DNA of 64,000 nucleotides, taken from assembly GCA_052279835.1 (NCBI GenBank), contig CP181291.1:4512001-4576000 (forward strand), in the 5' to 3' direction. The position numbers and the translations under genes were made by a program. Positions 62,923-64,000 of the stretch are shown in pieces (positions within the stretch are counted from its first letter, which is position 1; each line of letters starts with the position of its first letter). This DNA is from Microcoleus sp. Its GTDB lineage: Bacteria > Cyanobacteriota > Cyanobacteriia > Cyanobacteriales > Microcoleaceae. The notes below the pieces were generated by a model that searched no databases, had not been told where the DNA came from, and saw nothing but the letters and a program-made list of their open reading frames with translations.

Positions 62923-63426
62923 TTAATTGACCAAACCGCGGAAAATGGCATCGACGCCCTTAAAGTTTTCGAGTAAGAAGTAGGCAGCAAAGACACCGCT
63001 CATGCCACCAACAAAGAAACCAGCGGTAAGTTGGCTCCAGCCTTCGCCCGTTTTGAGGGCTTCGGGAGTCATGGGATTGGCGCTGGGGTAGGTAGTATTT
63101 TCTTTGAAAGATACCAAACCGTAGGCAGACATACCTGCTGTGCCCAGTAGAACTAAGGCGAGGGCTGTAATTAGTCCACCAAGATTAGCTGCTTCTGGAT
63201 AGTCCCGCAGTGGTCCGAAGACGATTTCTGGGCCGACGAGGAAATAACCGTGAGCCAAGCCGATTTCTAGACCTCGAACTAGGGGGGAGAGTCCTTTACG
63301 GTAGGCTGGCAAATTGCCAATGAATGCTTTGGTAAAATCCGAAGCACTAATGGGAGTTGCTAGATGACCCGTGAAGGGGTCGCCGTTAAAGGGTTGAATC
63401 ATTTCTGCATTTCTGGGGTCGGCCAT
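62923..63426 (-). CDS. psaL: Photosystem I subunit XI
   Basis: GDPFTGHLATPIS, NLPAYRKGLSP, RGLEIGLAHGYF. Confidence 0.96.
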   Translation of the reverse strand: MADPRNAEMIQPFNGDPFTGHLATPISASDFTKAFIGNLPAYRKGLSPLVRGLEIGLAHGYFLVGPEIVFGPLRDYPEAANLGGLITALALVLLGTAGMSAYGLVSFKENTTYPSANPMTPEALKTGEGWSQLTAGFFVGGMSGVFAAYFLLENFKGVDAIFRGLVN

Positions 63427-63540
63427 ATTTAGTTTCTCCTCGGTGTGAAAGAAAGTTGAGGCGTTCAAGTCATATTTTACGCAGGGACGTGTAGCCTATT
63501 TGCAAAATTGGCTGCGAGCTTTAGAAAAGTTCACTATTCT

Positions 63541-64000
63541 TTAGTTTTGAGAATAATTTTTCTTTTGTCCTCTATACCAGAAAGCGAGTCGATCGGGCGA
63601 TAATCCCAGAAAATAACCAATAATTACTATTTGATTGATGGCGGTGGTTTTGATTACCCCAAGCTGCTGCCAGCGGCGGGCGGAGGTGAGGACTGCCATA
63701 GGTACTATTTCGATGCGGCCTTGTTTTTTCAATCGGCGCACAAATTCAAAGTCTTCCATAACTGGCAAGTTAGGAAAGCCACCGATGTGGTTAAAGGTAT
63801 CTGTTTTCAGGAAAAGGGCTTGATCCCCGTAGGGCATTTGTAGCAAGTGCGATCGGCAGTTTACCCCTGTTTCTACTAGCCGCAGGCTGAGTAAAGGGGC
63901 ATCTATCTTGAGTTCAAAGGCTCCCGCCACTATGGAGGGATTGGTGAGTGCTTGACGGGCGCGAGTGTCATAGCCCTGGGGTAAATGAGTGTCTGCGTGA
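63541..64000 (-). CDS. GT2 glycosyltransferase (TIGR04283-like), 5'-truncated by the window edge
   Basis: HADTHLP, PYGDQALF, MEDFEF, TSARRW. Confidence 0.8.
   Translation of the reverse strand, partial: HADTHLPQGYDTRARQALTNPSIVAGAFELKIDAPLLSLRLVETGVNCRSHLLQMPYGDQALFLKTDTFNHIGGFPNLPVMEDFEFVRRLKKQGRIEIVPMAVLTSARRWQQLGVIKTTAINQIVIIGYFLGLSPDRLAFWYRGQKKNYSQN

Noticed and set aside
1..64000. tRNA/rRNA genes, integrase or prophage
   Set aside because: None recognised by eye; a tRNAscan/Infernal run would be needed to exclude small RNAs.

Overview
64-kb window from a filamentous cyanobacterium (Oscillatoriales/Microcoleus-like, inferred from dense HIP1 GCGATCGC, heptamer STRR repeats, psaL/psaI and an NblB-like gene). 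Housekeeping genes include tamB-like, murQ, dacB, recA, lepB, dihydroorotase, tsaE, yvcK-like, mlaF/mlaD-like, sdhA, ndhV-like, psaL and psaI. An accessory zone at ~29-53 kb holds six Uma2 (PD-(D/E)XK) nuclease genes, an internally deleted Rpn-like gene, three type II TA modules (one with a dead toxin) and a methyltransferase/pilin/O-GlcNAc-transferase cluster. Most notable structures: (i) a four-helix-bundle (IVP/Avd-like) gene inserted in the mlaF-mlaD operon between mutually inverted heptamer arrays that could pair into a long RNA stem; (ii) two Uma2 genes whose 3' tails are duplicated ~1 kb downstream, each pair bracketing a cargo; (iii) a 137-bp tandem array of nested palindromes at the window start; (iv) a tnpB-only IS200/IS605 element with a reconstructable empty site; (v) three genes each broken by +1 at a 5-nt G/C run, probably assembly error. 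All family calls come from motif recognition by eye, not database searches.
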